From the NCBI GenBank assembly GCA_963830455.1, contig CAWHMT010000004.1, positions 39,431-103,430 on the forward strand: a stretch of DNA of 64,000 nt, read 5' to 3'. Positions within the stretch are counted from its first letter, which is position 1. Every line of letters begins with the position of its first letter. Below are positions 18,908-26,593 of the stretch, piece after piece. The notes under the pieces were generated by a model. It had not been told where the DNA came from, made no database searches, and saw only the letters and a list, made by a program, of their open reading frames with translations. The position numbers and the translations under genes were made by a program. This DNA is from an uncultured Gemmatimonadales bacterium (lineage in GTDB: Bacteria > Gemmatimonadota > Gemmatimonadetes > Gemmatimonadales > GWC2-71-9).

Positions 18908-19791
18908 AGTTTCACCCTGATCAAGCCGGGTTTCATGTACTTGTCGGGATGCTCCTTGAGGTCCGTAAGGAGCGCGGTCAGCGCCACCGACAAGTCGCGC
19001 AAGTTCGCGTACATGGCCGTATCGGCGGCCATTCTCCCCAGCGTCCCTTCACCCCGATTGATCCGGCTCAGCAGCGTGTCCAGCTGCGCAGTGGTATGGG
19101 TGAGGTGATCCGTCAGCGTCGCCAGATTCTTGGAAATGGAGTCGATGTTCGCGCCCGTCCCGGAGCCCAGCATCGAGTCTACGCGCTGCATCACGCGCTC
19201 GGTCGCCTGCAGCGTGCGGGTCGTCTGCCGGATGAACGGCCCCTCCGGCATGTTCGACAGCGTGGTCATGGCGCGCTGCGTGACGACCAGCGTGTTGTGG
19301 ATGTCCTCGCCCAGCCGGTCGGACACGATGTTAGCCGCGTTTTCCATCAGCTCGTTGGCGCGGGTGGCGACGCCCTGCGCCACATCGGCGATATCCGGCG
19401 AGTTCGACCCGGTGATGACGCGCCCGTCCGCGAGCAGCTCTTCGCGCGACCCGGGGTTGTAATCGACAAACTTGGCACCGAACAGATCCATCGCTGCAAC
19501 CACGGCGCTGGCGTCGATGCGCGGTGCGATGTCCCGGGACAGCTCGAGCGTGACGCGCACGCTCTTCACCCGCTCGAGATTCACGCGCGCCACCCGGCCC
19601 TTCTTGACGCCCGACACCAGCACGGGATCCCCCTGCTTCAGCCCCGCGACGCTCTCGAACATCACGTCCACCCTGATGCCGCTCGTGCCCAGCGATTTCC
19701 CCGTGAGCCAAAACATGCCCACCAGGAACACCGCGACGCCGACGAGCACGAATGCGCCCACACCGACTTCCTGCTTGTACGAGAGGTCCAC
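18901..19791 (-). CDS. mlaD: MlaD/MCE-family protein (lipid-asymmetry ABC transporter periplasmic component)
   Basis: 296 aa. N-terminal TM (VGVGAFVLVGVAVFLVGMFWL) plus MCE domain (VMFESVAGLKQGDPVLVSGVKKGRV). GTG start overlaps the mlaF stop by 1 nt. Confidence 0.8.
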   Translation of the reverse strand: MDLSYKQEVGVGAFVLVGVAVFLVGMFWLTGKSLGTSGIRVDVMFESVAGLKQGDPVLVSGVKKGRVARVNLERVKSVRVTLELSRDIAPRIDASAVVAAMDLFGAKFVDYNPGSREELLADGRVITGSNSPDIADVAQGVATRANELMENAANIVSDRLGEDIHNTLVVTQRAMTTLSNMPEGPFIRQTTRTLQATERVMQRVDSMLGSGTGANIDSISKNLATLTDHLTHTTAQLDTLLSRINRGEGTLGRMAADTAMYANLRDLSVALTALLTDLKEHPDKYMKPGLIRVKLF

Positions 19792-20612
19792 TAGCGAGCC
19801 CCTCCGACCGGAAATTCTCCGGAGCGTCTCCTCGCCGGAGTCTCGAATACCAAGCGACCAGCTTGAATCACCGCCATCTCGAGATCGCGCTCCAGGAACT
19901 GCTGCACGATGGGGTCCTTGGACGCAATGATCTCTTCGGCGGTCCCGACCGCCCGGATCTTCGCCTGCGCCAGCAGCGCGATCCGGTCGGCCACCCGAAA
20001 AGCCCCGCGCACGTCATGCGTCACCACCACGCTCGTCACGCCGATCTCCTGCTGTAGCCGTTCGATCAGTGAATCGATGACGTCGGCGTTTACCGGATCG
20101 AGCCCGGACGTCGGCTCGTCGTACAGCAAGTATACCGGCTTTCCGGCGATCGCCCGCGCGATGCCGACGCGCTTGCGCATGCCGCCGGACAGCTCGGAGG
20201 GGTACTTGCGGGCCACGTCCTCCGCCAGGTTGACGAGCCGCAGGCATTCTTTGACGCGGTCGATGCAGTACTCCTTGTCGTTGTACAGCTTCTCATCGGT
20301 GATGCCGAGACGGATGTTTTCGGACACGTCCATCGAGTCGAACAGCGCGCCGTTTTGAAAGACGTAGCCGATACGGCTGCGCAGCGCGGCCAGCTCCTTG
20401 CGGCCGAGCAGCGGCACCTGCTGACCGTCCACCCACACTTCGCCCGAATCGGGTTTGATGAGCCCGATGATGTGCTTCAAGAGTACGGACTTCCCGACGC
20501 CCGACGGTCCCAGCAGCGCCACCGTCTCACCTTCGGCAACGTTGAAGTCCACGCCGTCGAGCACGACGTTGTCCACGAACCGCTTCGAGACTTTCTTCAG
20601 CTCGATGCTCAA
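19791..20612 (-). CDS. mlaF: ABC transporter ATP-binding protein, MlaF-like
   Basis: TTG start at 20612 overlapping the mlaE TGA. Walker A GPSGVGKS, signature LSGGMRKRV, Walker B LLYDEPTSGLD. The upstream part of track ORF 19791-21362 is out-of-frame overlap with mlaE. Confidence 0.85.
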   Translation of the reverse strand: MSIELKKVSKRFVDNVVLDGVDFNVAEGETVALLGPSGVGKSVLLKHIIGLIKPDSGEVWVDGQQVPLLGRKELAALRSRIGYVFQNGALFDSMDVSENIRLGITDEKLYNDKEYCIDRVKECLRLVNLAEDVARKYPSELSGGMRKRVGIARAIAGKPVYLLYDEPTSGLDPVNADVIDSLIERLQQEIGVTSVVVTHDVRGAFRVADRIALLAQAKIRAVGTAEEIIASKDPIVQQFLERDLEMAVIQAGRLVFETPARRRSGEFPVGGAR

Positions 20613-21409
20613 TGCGCGGTCCCGAGGATGAGCTTGGTGAGAATCGTATCCAGCAACAGCACCGAAACGGACGACGCCACCACCGCTTGCGTCGTCGCCC
20701 GTCCCACCCCCTCGGCCCCTTGCTGGGTGTTGAAGCCGATGTAGCAGGGGATGATGGTGACGGCGCCCGCGAAGGCGTACGACTTGATCAGCGAGTACCA
20801 CAGATCCAGCGGCCGGAAGAAGTAGCGCGCGCCGAACTCGAAGTCGGCATACGTCAGGCCGAGCGACGACCGCGCTGTGAAGTAACCCACCACGACCCCG
20901 AAGGCGTTCGCCAGCATCACCAGAGCGGGAATGGCGATGATGCCGGCGAGGATGCGCGGCAGCAGCAGGTGCGTGACCGGCGAACGGCCCAGGCTCTCGA
21001 GCGCGTCGATCTGCTCCGTCACCCGCATGCTCCCCAGCTCGGCGGCGTAGCGCGCCCCGATCCGCCCGGCCAGGATGAGCCCCGTTAGAACGGGGCCCAG
21101 CTCGAGAATCATCGATTCGGAGATTACGCCGCCCGCCACGTAGAGGGGCAACTGGCCGGTAAACTGATACCCGGCTTGAAGACTGGTCACGGCGCCCGCG
21201 AAGCCGGCTACCAGCAACACGATAAAGAGACTGCCGTAGCCGACGGAGATGGTCTGCTCGATGGTACGTGGGACCCAGACGCGCCATTCGAGGATGCCGC
21301 GCACCAGGTCGAGGATCATGAAAGAGAAGCGCCCGGCGTGGCTGGCGCTGCGCAGCGACCACCGCCCCACGTATCGCCGCAGGTCGAGGGCGGCAGTGAA
21401 TGCTCTCAT
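20609..21409 (-). CDS. mlaE: ABC transporter permease, MlaE-like
   Basis: 266 aa, multi-TM, MlaE/Ttg2B-type (QIDALESLGRSPVTHLLLPRILAG). Confidence 0.85.
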   Translation of the reverse strand: MRAFTAALDLRRYVGRWSLRSASHAGRFSFMILDLVRGILEWRVWVPRTIEQTISVGYGSLFIVLLVAGFAGAVTSLQAGYQFTGQLPLYVAGGVISESMILELGPVLTGLILAGRIGARYAAELGSMRVTEQIDALESLGRSPVTHLLLPRILAGIIAIPALVMLANAFGVVVGYFTARSSLGLTYADFEFGARYFFRPLDLWYSLIKSYAFAGAVTIIPCYIGFNTQQGAEGVGRATTQAVVASSVSVLLLDTILTKLILGTAH

Positions 21410-21430
21410 GGGCCTGTATCTTGTGTACGC

Positions 21431-22060
21431 ATGGCCACCACGTCTACCCCTGAAAGGCGAAAGCTCTTTGTTCGCAAGCTATTGGCCTGGTACCGCCGGG
21501 CGGCCCGCGACTTACCGTGGCGTGCTACGCGCAATCCCTATGCCATTCTCGTGTCGGAGTTCATGCTCCAGCAGACGCAGGTCAGCCGGGTGGTGGACTT
21601 CTATCCGCGGTTTCTGAAGCGATTCCCGACCATCGCCGCGCTCGCACGCGCCCGACCCAAAGCGGTCATGGAACAGTGGGACGGCCTCGGCTATTACGCG
21701 CGGGCGCGGAACCTTCACAAGCTGGCAAAGCAGCTATCGGCTACCGGCTATCAGGTACCTGCAGACCCCGCGGCGTTGACTGAACTCCCGGGAGTTGGAC
21801 GCTACACAGCCGGGGCCGTCGCGTGTTTTGCGTACGAGCAGCCCGTCCCCGCCGTCGACACGAACGTCAAACGCGTGCTCGGCCGGGTGTTCCGGAAAAA
21901 GGATGTGTGGGGACTCGCCACCGCCATCGTGCCGAGGAACGGCAAGACGGCGTGGAGGTTCAATCAGGCGCTGATGGAGCTTGGCGCGTTGGTGTGCGTG
22001 GCGCGAAAACCGAAATGCCCGGAGTGCCCCGTGCGGCGCGAGTGCCTCAGCGTACAATGA
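21431..22060 (+). CDS. mutY: A/G-specific adenine glycosylase-like HhH-GPD/FeS base-excision enzyme (short form, no NUDIX domain)
   Basis: Start at ATG 21431. LLAWYRRAARDLPWRATRNPYAILVSEFMLQQTQV, GLGYYARARNLH, LPGVGRYTAGAV. 4Fe-4S ligands CVARKPKCPECPVRREC. Confidence 0.8.
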   Translation: MATTSTPERRKLFVRKLLAWYRRAARDLPWRATRNPYAILVSEFMLQQTQVSRVVDFYPRFLKRFPTIAALARARPKAVMEQWDGLGYYARARNLHKLAKQLSATGYQVPADPAALTELPGVGRYTAGAVACFAYEQPVPAVDTNVKRVLGRVFRKKDVWGLATAIVPRNGKTAWRFNQALMELGALVCVARKPKCPECPVRRECLSVQ

Positions 22061-23870
22061 GGCGTCGCATGTACCCCATTTGCTTGTCCGGCGGCCCCAT
22101 CGTCAGCAGGTACTCGCCCGGCGCCGGAGGCGTGAACTCGACGTCGTAGGTCTCTCCCACCGCGATCCGCTTGCGGGCGGGACCCACCACGGCGAGCGAC
22201 GCCGGCAGATTCTCGCCGTCCTTGGCCAACGGCCGCCAGGTCAGCACCGTCGAGTCGCGACGCGCCGCAAACACGACCCGCTGCGCGGGGCCGATGTTCA
22301 CGAACCGCAGCCGGTGCGGTACGCCGGCGGCCAGCTCGAGCGGTGGCGCGGTGCTGTCGCCGTTCACGACGAGCCGCGCCGGAGTCTGCGGTCCGTCCCA
22401 TCCGACCACGAACACGTGATCGGTGTTTGGATCGAACCGGCGGCCCGGCTCTAGCACCACGATCGCCCCATAGAGCCCCGACGTCATCTGCTCGACATCG
22501 TTGAGGTGCGTGTGATACATGAACGTGCCCGCCCGCGGCAGTGTGAGCCGCGCGGTGAACGAATCACGCGCCGCAATGATGGGCGCGAGTCGCGCACTCA
22601 GACCGCTCCAACCCGCCACGCCATCCGAAAAGCTCTCGAGCTCGATCCCGTGCCAATGGATTGCCGTCGCTTCAGCCAGGCGGTTCACGACCGTGACGTC
22701 GGTCGGCTCGTTCTGCGTCAGGATCAGCGTCGATCCCGGGATCTCCACCGAGTCCGCCGCCGGCGGCGTGTCGCCGCTTTGCAGCACGAACCCCAATCTG
22801 CGAGGGGCATAGCTGCGACTCGGCGCCTCATTCACGAACAGATGCAGGCGGCGCGGGTTTGCCCGCGCCGGCTCGACCCATCCCCGCCCCGGCCGCACCG
22901 TGATGCCGAGGACCAGGCCCGCCATGTGCTTGCCGGGATCCAGCGCGTGCATGTCGTCCTGCCGGGCGTGAGGCTCGAGCCGGGCGTCCGGAGAAACCAC
23001 GTGGAACGTGATGTGACAGTGGAACAACCAGTTCCCCGGCCGGCTTGCCTGCCACGCCATGCGCATCGTCTCGCCGGGGCTCATGTCTTCCGTTACGACG
23101 ACCCGGGGCTCTTCGGCCGGCAACACGCTGTCGCGCAGGAAGGTGCCGTGGGACTCGACGCGGAAGTAGAACCCGTGCAGGTGCATCGGGTGGTTCCGCG
23201 ACGTGCCGTTAATGATGCGCCAGCGCAGACTGTCGCCCACCGTGGCCGTGATCCGTTCCGTGTAGGGCCACGACTTCCCGTTGATGGCCAGCGCATTGGG
23301 GTAGGTGACGGAGTCCCGCGGCTCCCCCCAGATGTCCATCACGAAGATGCGATCGTCGGTGCGCGCTCCCACGGCGTCGATCACGAATGCGCCGGTGAGC
23401 TGCTCGCGCTCGCGAATGTCGTAGTCGATCGTGCCGAGGGTCGCCCAGTACAGATAGGTCCCCGCTGAGCCCGCCGCGAATCGCACCGTGCGAGTCTCGC
23501 CCGGCGGCACGGCGACGCTGTCGTTGGTGGCGGCGGGCTTCGTGGTGAGACCGTGCACGTAGATGGTCGAGTCGGCGAGGGCGTTGCGAACCGTCGCGAC
23601 AATCGTCGTGCCGGTCGGGACGCGGATCAGAGGACCGGGAACCTGGGGTGCGTGGCCCTCCTCGGCGAAGGCCGTGACGTCGGTGAAGGGACCGTCTTTC
23701 GCCTCGGGGTACCAGCGCGCCATGCGCACGACGAGGCGGATCGTGAGCACGCCGTGGCGCAGCTCGCCGGCGGGAGCGCGGTTGTCGTTGGGATGGACCG
23801 TCGGGGGGGGGAGCGGCGGCAGGAGCCCGAGCACCGTGCCGGCGAGTGCCGCGGCGAAGAGCCGCGCCAC
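22047..23870 (-). CDS. multicopper oxidase (three cupredoxin domains), secreted
   Basis: GTG start 23870 overlaps the upstream stop by 1 nt; signal ARLFAAALAGTVLGLLPP. Copper motifs HWHGIELES, HPMHLHGFYF, LFHCHITFH. The N-terminal about 210 aa of track ORF 22047-24512 is rejected. Confidence 0.8.
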   Translation of the reverse strand: MARLFAAALAGTVLGLLPPLPPPTVHPNDNRAPAGELRHGVLTIRLVVRMARWYPEAKDGPFTDVTAFAEEGHAPQVPGPLIRVPTGTTIVATVRNALADSTIYVHGLTTKPAATNDSVAVPPGETRTVRFAAGSAGTYLYWATLGTIDYDIREREQLTGAFVIDAVGARTDDRIFVMDIWGEPRDSVTYPNALAINGKSWPYTERITATVGDSLRWRIINGTSRNHPMHLHGFYFRVESHGTFLRDSVLPAEEPRVVVTEDMSPGETMRMAWQASRPGNWLFHCHITFHVVSPDARLEPHARQDDMHALDPGKHMAGLVLGITVRPGRGWVEPARANPRRLHLFVNEAPSRSYAPRRLGFVLQSGDTPPAADSVEIPGSTLILTQNEPTDVTVVNRLAEATAIHWHGIELESFSDGVAGWSGLSARLAPIIAARDSFTARLTLPRAGTFMYHTHLNDVEQMTSGLYGAIVVLEPGRRFDPNTDHVFVVGWDGPQTPARLVVNGDSTAPPLELAAGVPHRLRFVNIGPAQRVVFAARRDSTVLTWRPLAKDGENLPASLAVVGPARKRIAVGETYDVEFTPPAPGEYLLTMGPPDKQMGYMRRLIVR

Positions 23871-24322
23871 TACCGCATCACCGTCGCGGCCACCAACGCT
23901 AGAAGGGCAAACACTCCTGCGACCGTCGCGAAGATCGCTTGGCGTTTGCGCAGGCCGGTAAACGACTCGGGCAGCTCTCCGCGCGCGTCCACCTCGAGCC
24001 TCCCCAGTCGCGCGGCGGTCGGCATCACGATACCGATCGCGACGAGCGCGCCGAGCAAACCCAGTGCCTGCATCGCCAGCAGCCACGACGGCACCGTCGC
24101 CGCTCTGAAGTACGGCCCCGACAGGACGAACCCGCTCACCACCACGAGCACCGCGCCCGTCCCGACGAGGTTGCGCGTGATGACCGCCATGATCCGGTAG
24201 ACTGCGAGCCGTTGCTCGGGCGGGAAGTACTTCGCGGTGATGCCGCTGAGCATGACGGCGAGCCCGCCTCCCAGCCAGGCGACGAATCCCATGTCGTGCA
24301 GAAACAGCCAGAAGCCTCTCAT
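23870..24322 (-). CDS. hypothetical 4-TM membrane protein (co-transcribed with the multicopper oxidase)
   Basis: Start at ATG 24322 (MRGFWLFLHDMGFVAWLGGGLAVML...). Four hydrophobic helices. 4-nt overlap with DUF2203 gene. Confidence 0.55.
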   Translation of the reverse strand: MRGFWLFLHDMGFVAWLGGGLAVMLSGITAKYFPPEQRLAVYRIMAVITRNLVGTGAVLVVVSGFVLSGPYFRAATVPSWLLAMQALGLLGALVAIGIVMPTAARLGRLEVDARGELPESFTGLRKRQAIFATVAGVFALLALVAATVMR

Positions 24323-24732
24323 GTGCGGCTGAGCACGTCGGGGAGCGGCTGGCGGCCGGCAAAGCCGGCGTCGAGCTCGTGCCAGTGCGTGATGCGATCC
24401 TCGCCAGACTTCCAGCACCACAGGATTTCGCGCTCGTCCAAGCGGCCGTGAAAATCGACGAGCCCCTCGTCAAAGCCCTTGAACTCGCAGCCGACCTGCT
24501 CCAGCTCGCCAAGGAAGCCGTTGATCTTCGCGGCGGCGGTGTCGATCTGGGCCTTCAGGTTGAGCTGTTCCTGCGACTCGCCCCACTCGGGACGGGCCTT
24601 GGACGCCACGAGCTCGTACTGAGCGACGAGATCCTTCCACTGGGGATAGACGGACATGATGTCCTGCACGACCCGCTTAACGAGGGGAAGAGTGCGGTTG
24701 GCTTCGGCGAGAGTGAAGGATCTGTGAGCCAC
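24319..24732 (-). CDS. DUF2203 domain-containing protein
   Basis: 137 aa. MAHRSFTLAEANRTLPLVKRVVQDI...GCEFKGFDEGLVDFHG...ILWCWKSGEDRITHWHE. Confidence 0.75.
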   Translation of the reverse strand: MAHRSFTLAEANRTLPLVKRVVQDIMSVYPQWKDLVAQYELVASKARPEWGESQEQLNLKAQIDTAAAKINGFLGELEQVGCEFKGFDEGLVDFHGRLDEREILWCWKSGEDRITHWHELDAGFAGRQPLPDVLSRT

Positions 24733-24746
24733 GGGAGCAAAGCTAA

Positions 24747-24810
24747 GGCGCGGACATGCAAAAACTAGGCGACAGACGCACCGCGGTCATCGGGCCACCG
24801 TCAACGGGAC
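24747..24810. repeat. palindromic-element arm, copy A (forward orientation)
   Basis: GGCGCGGACATGCAAAAACTAGGCGACAGACGCACCGCGGTCATCGGGCCACCGTCAACGGGAC. It ends 4 nt before the CBS stop codon and is the inverted partner of 25224-25276. Confidence 0.8.
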
Positions 24811-24814
24811 AACC

Positions 24815-25216
24815 CTACCTGACAACGATTCCCTGCACCTCCTCAGGATGGGGAATGAATCCCACGACCCTCTTTTCTCCATCCAAAACGACAATCGTGG
24901 ACCGCACATGATGGTCGCTGGGATCAAGCTGCTTTGCGACCTTAAAGCCCTTCATCTCAGTATCCGGTTTCACAACGGGCGTATCGGTGCGAACGTGATC
25001 AGCCGCGGAGCAATCGGTCGGGTCGTGGCCTGCGCCCACACATCGGGCCACGATGTCACGGTCGGAGATGGTGCCCATGTAACGACGATCTTTGGGGTTA
25101 TCGACCACCGGCACCACGGAAATGTTCTTGACGCGCATGAGCGCCGCCACTTCGGACGATGTCGCGCCCGCCGCAGCGACTACAGGATCCGCAATCATTA
25201 CTTCCGATGCACGCAT
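24815..25216 (-). CDS. CBS domain-containing protein
   Basis: 133 aa. Tandem CBS pattern (MRASEVMIADPVVAAAGATSSEVAALMRVKNISVVPVVD ... GTISDRDIV). Confidence 0.8.
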   Translation of the reverse strand: MRASEVMIADPVVAAAGATSSEVAALMRVKNISVVPVVDNPKDRRYMGTISDRDIVARCVGAGHDPTDCSAADHVRTDTPVVKPDTEMKGFKVAKQLDPSDHHVRSTIVVLDGEKRVVGFIPHPEEVQGIVVR

Positions 25217-25223
25217 CAGGTTA

Positions 25224-25276
25224 TCCCGTTGACGGATGACTGTGGACCGCGGTGCGTCTGTGGCCTAGCCTTTGCC
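25224..25276. repeat. palindromic-element arm, copy B (reverse orientation)
   Basis: TCCCGTTGACGGATGACTGTGGACCGCGGTGCGTCTGTGGCCTAGCCTTTGCC. Its reverse complement shares perfect 17-nt (ACAGACGCACCGCGGTC) and 11-nt (CGTCAACGGGA) blocks with copy A. It abuts the patatin stop codon and starts 7 nt upstream of the CBS start. Confidence 0.8.
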
Positions 25277-26103
25277 TATCCTAAAGCCTTTTTGGTTGCC
25301 TGGTAGCCCATCTCCACATGCTCCTGCACGCGGTCGACGGCAAACGTCGCTTCGGCTTCCGCGACCGCGCGCACGTACACCAGCCGCGGGCCCCCCCCCT
25401 GCTTCGGCCACTCCGCGAGCGCGCGTTGCGTCTGGTCCGCCATCATGATCCGCAGCGCCTCGCCGTGCCTGCGTACGACATTGGGGATCCGCGGCCTGGG
25501 TCCGTCCACCGGGCGCTCATCGAATCCGGGACCGACGTCGACCGCAACGAATAGGTCCGCGTCGGGCTCGAGTGCGCGCGCCGCCTCCAGTGGCAGCACG
25601 GCGCGCAGTCCGCCGTCAGCGAGACGCCGGCCGTCTGTTTCGAGCGGCGGGAAGTACAGCGGCAGAGCGCAGGAAGCGTACAAGGCATCACTCAGCTCGA
25701 TGTCACGCCGCTCCGGCCCGCCGAGCAGCAGCAGCTCTCCGGTGTCGACGTCGACCGCCGTTACGGTGAGCGGGATGCGCAGGTACTCGAAGCGCGTCTT
25801 CGGCACGATGCGAGCGATGGCCCGTCTGAGCCCGGACGCCGGAAACAGGCTGCGGGAAAACAGGCCCATGATGAGCACTCTGGGATCGAACGGCGCGATG
25901 TCCTCGCGACGCAGCCCCATGGCGCGGCGCCGAACCTGATCGAACGGCATCCCGGATGCAAGCGCCGCGCCGACGACAGAGCCCATCGACGTCGCGACGA
26001 TGCGACTGGGAACAAGATTGGCCTGCTCGAGGGCTCGAAACGCACCGGCGTGAGCAAGCGCTTTCGCTCCGCCGCCCGACAAGACCAGAACGACTTTACT
26101 CAC
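25276..26103 (-). CDS. patatin-like phospholipase
   Basis: 275 aa. Oxyanion motif LSGGGAKALAHAG and nucleophile elbow GTSMGS-type (ATSMGSVVGA). Confidence 0.85.
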   Translation of the reverse strand: MSKVVLVLSGGGAKALAHAGAFRALEQANLVPSRIVATSMGSVVGAALASGMPFDQVRRRAMGLRREDIAPFDPRVLIMGLFSRSLFPASGLRRAIARIVPKTRFEYLRIPLTVTAVDVDTGELLLLGGPERRDIELSDALYASCALPLYFPPLETDGRRLADGGLRAVLPLEAARALEPDADLFVAVDVGPGFDERPVDGPRPRIPNVVRRHGEALRIMMADQTQRALAEWPKQGGGPRLVYVRAVAEAEATFAVDRVQEHVEMGYQATKKALG

Positions 26104-26593
26104 CCTTGCCCTGGTCGAAGCGGCGTTCCATCACGCGATTGGCGCGCCGTTTCGCGGCCCGCTCGTAGCGGCGCTTTTCATCAGGCGTCTCGGGTACGAT
26201 CGGCGGGACCTCCGTCGGCCGGCCGTTCTCATCGAGCGCGACATATGTGACATAGCACGAATTGGTGTGGCGCCGGTCGCCCGACAGCACGTTCTCGGCC
26301 AGCACTTTCACCCCGACTTCCATTGAGGTCTTGCCCGCGAAGTTCACGCGCGCCAGCGCGGTCACCAGCTCGCCGACGTGGATCGGCTCGCGGAAGTCGA
26401 CCTTGTCCACCGAGACCGTGACACAGGAGCGATGCGAGTGGCGGATCGCCGCGACCGCGGCCACACGATCCACCAGCGCCAGAATGTGACCGCCGAACAC
26501 ATTGCCCATGACGTTTGCGTGATGCGGCATCATGAGCTCGGTGAGCGTGGCCTCGGATTCGCGCGGGTGACGGCCCTTGGGGGGGGGCGCCAT
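26096..26593 (-). CDS. acyl-CoA thioesterase (hotdog fold)
   Basis: Start chosen at ATG 26593 (MAPPPKGRHPRESEATLTELMMPHHANVMGNVFGGHILALVD), overlapping the nadE TGA by 1 nt. Confidence 0.8.
   Translation of the reverse strand: MAPPPKGRHPRESEATLTELMMPHHANVMGNVFGGHILALVDRVAAVAAIRHSHRSCVTVSVDKVDFREPIHVGELVTALARVNFAGKTSMEVGVKVLAENVLSGDRRHTNSCYVTYVALDENGRPTEVPPIVPETPDEKRRYERAAKRRANRVMERRFDQGKGE

Noticed and set aside
23803-23811. Long G/C homopolymers (8-10 nt at 23803, 25391, 26579, 27937, 33491, 55253, 57003) as an enriched phase-variation system
   Set aside because: A rough i.i.d. estimate at about one-third G and one-third C predicts a similar or larger number of runs of 8 nt or more in 64 kb, so there is no evidence of enrichment. 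All but the otsB run are in frame. I kept them only as internal controls for the frameshift argument.
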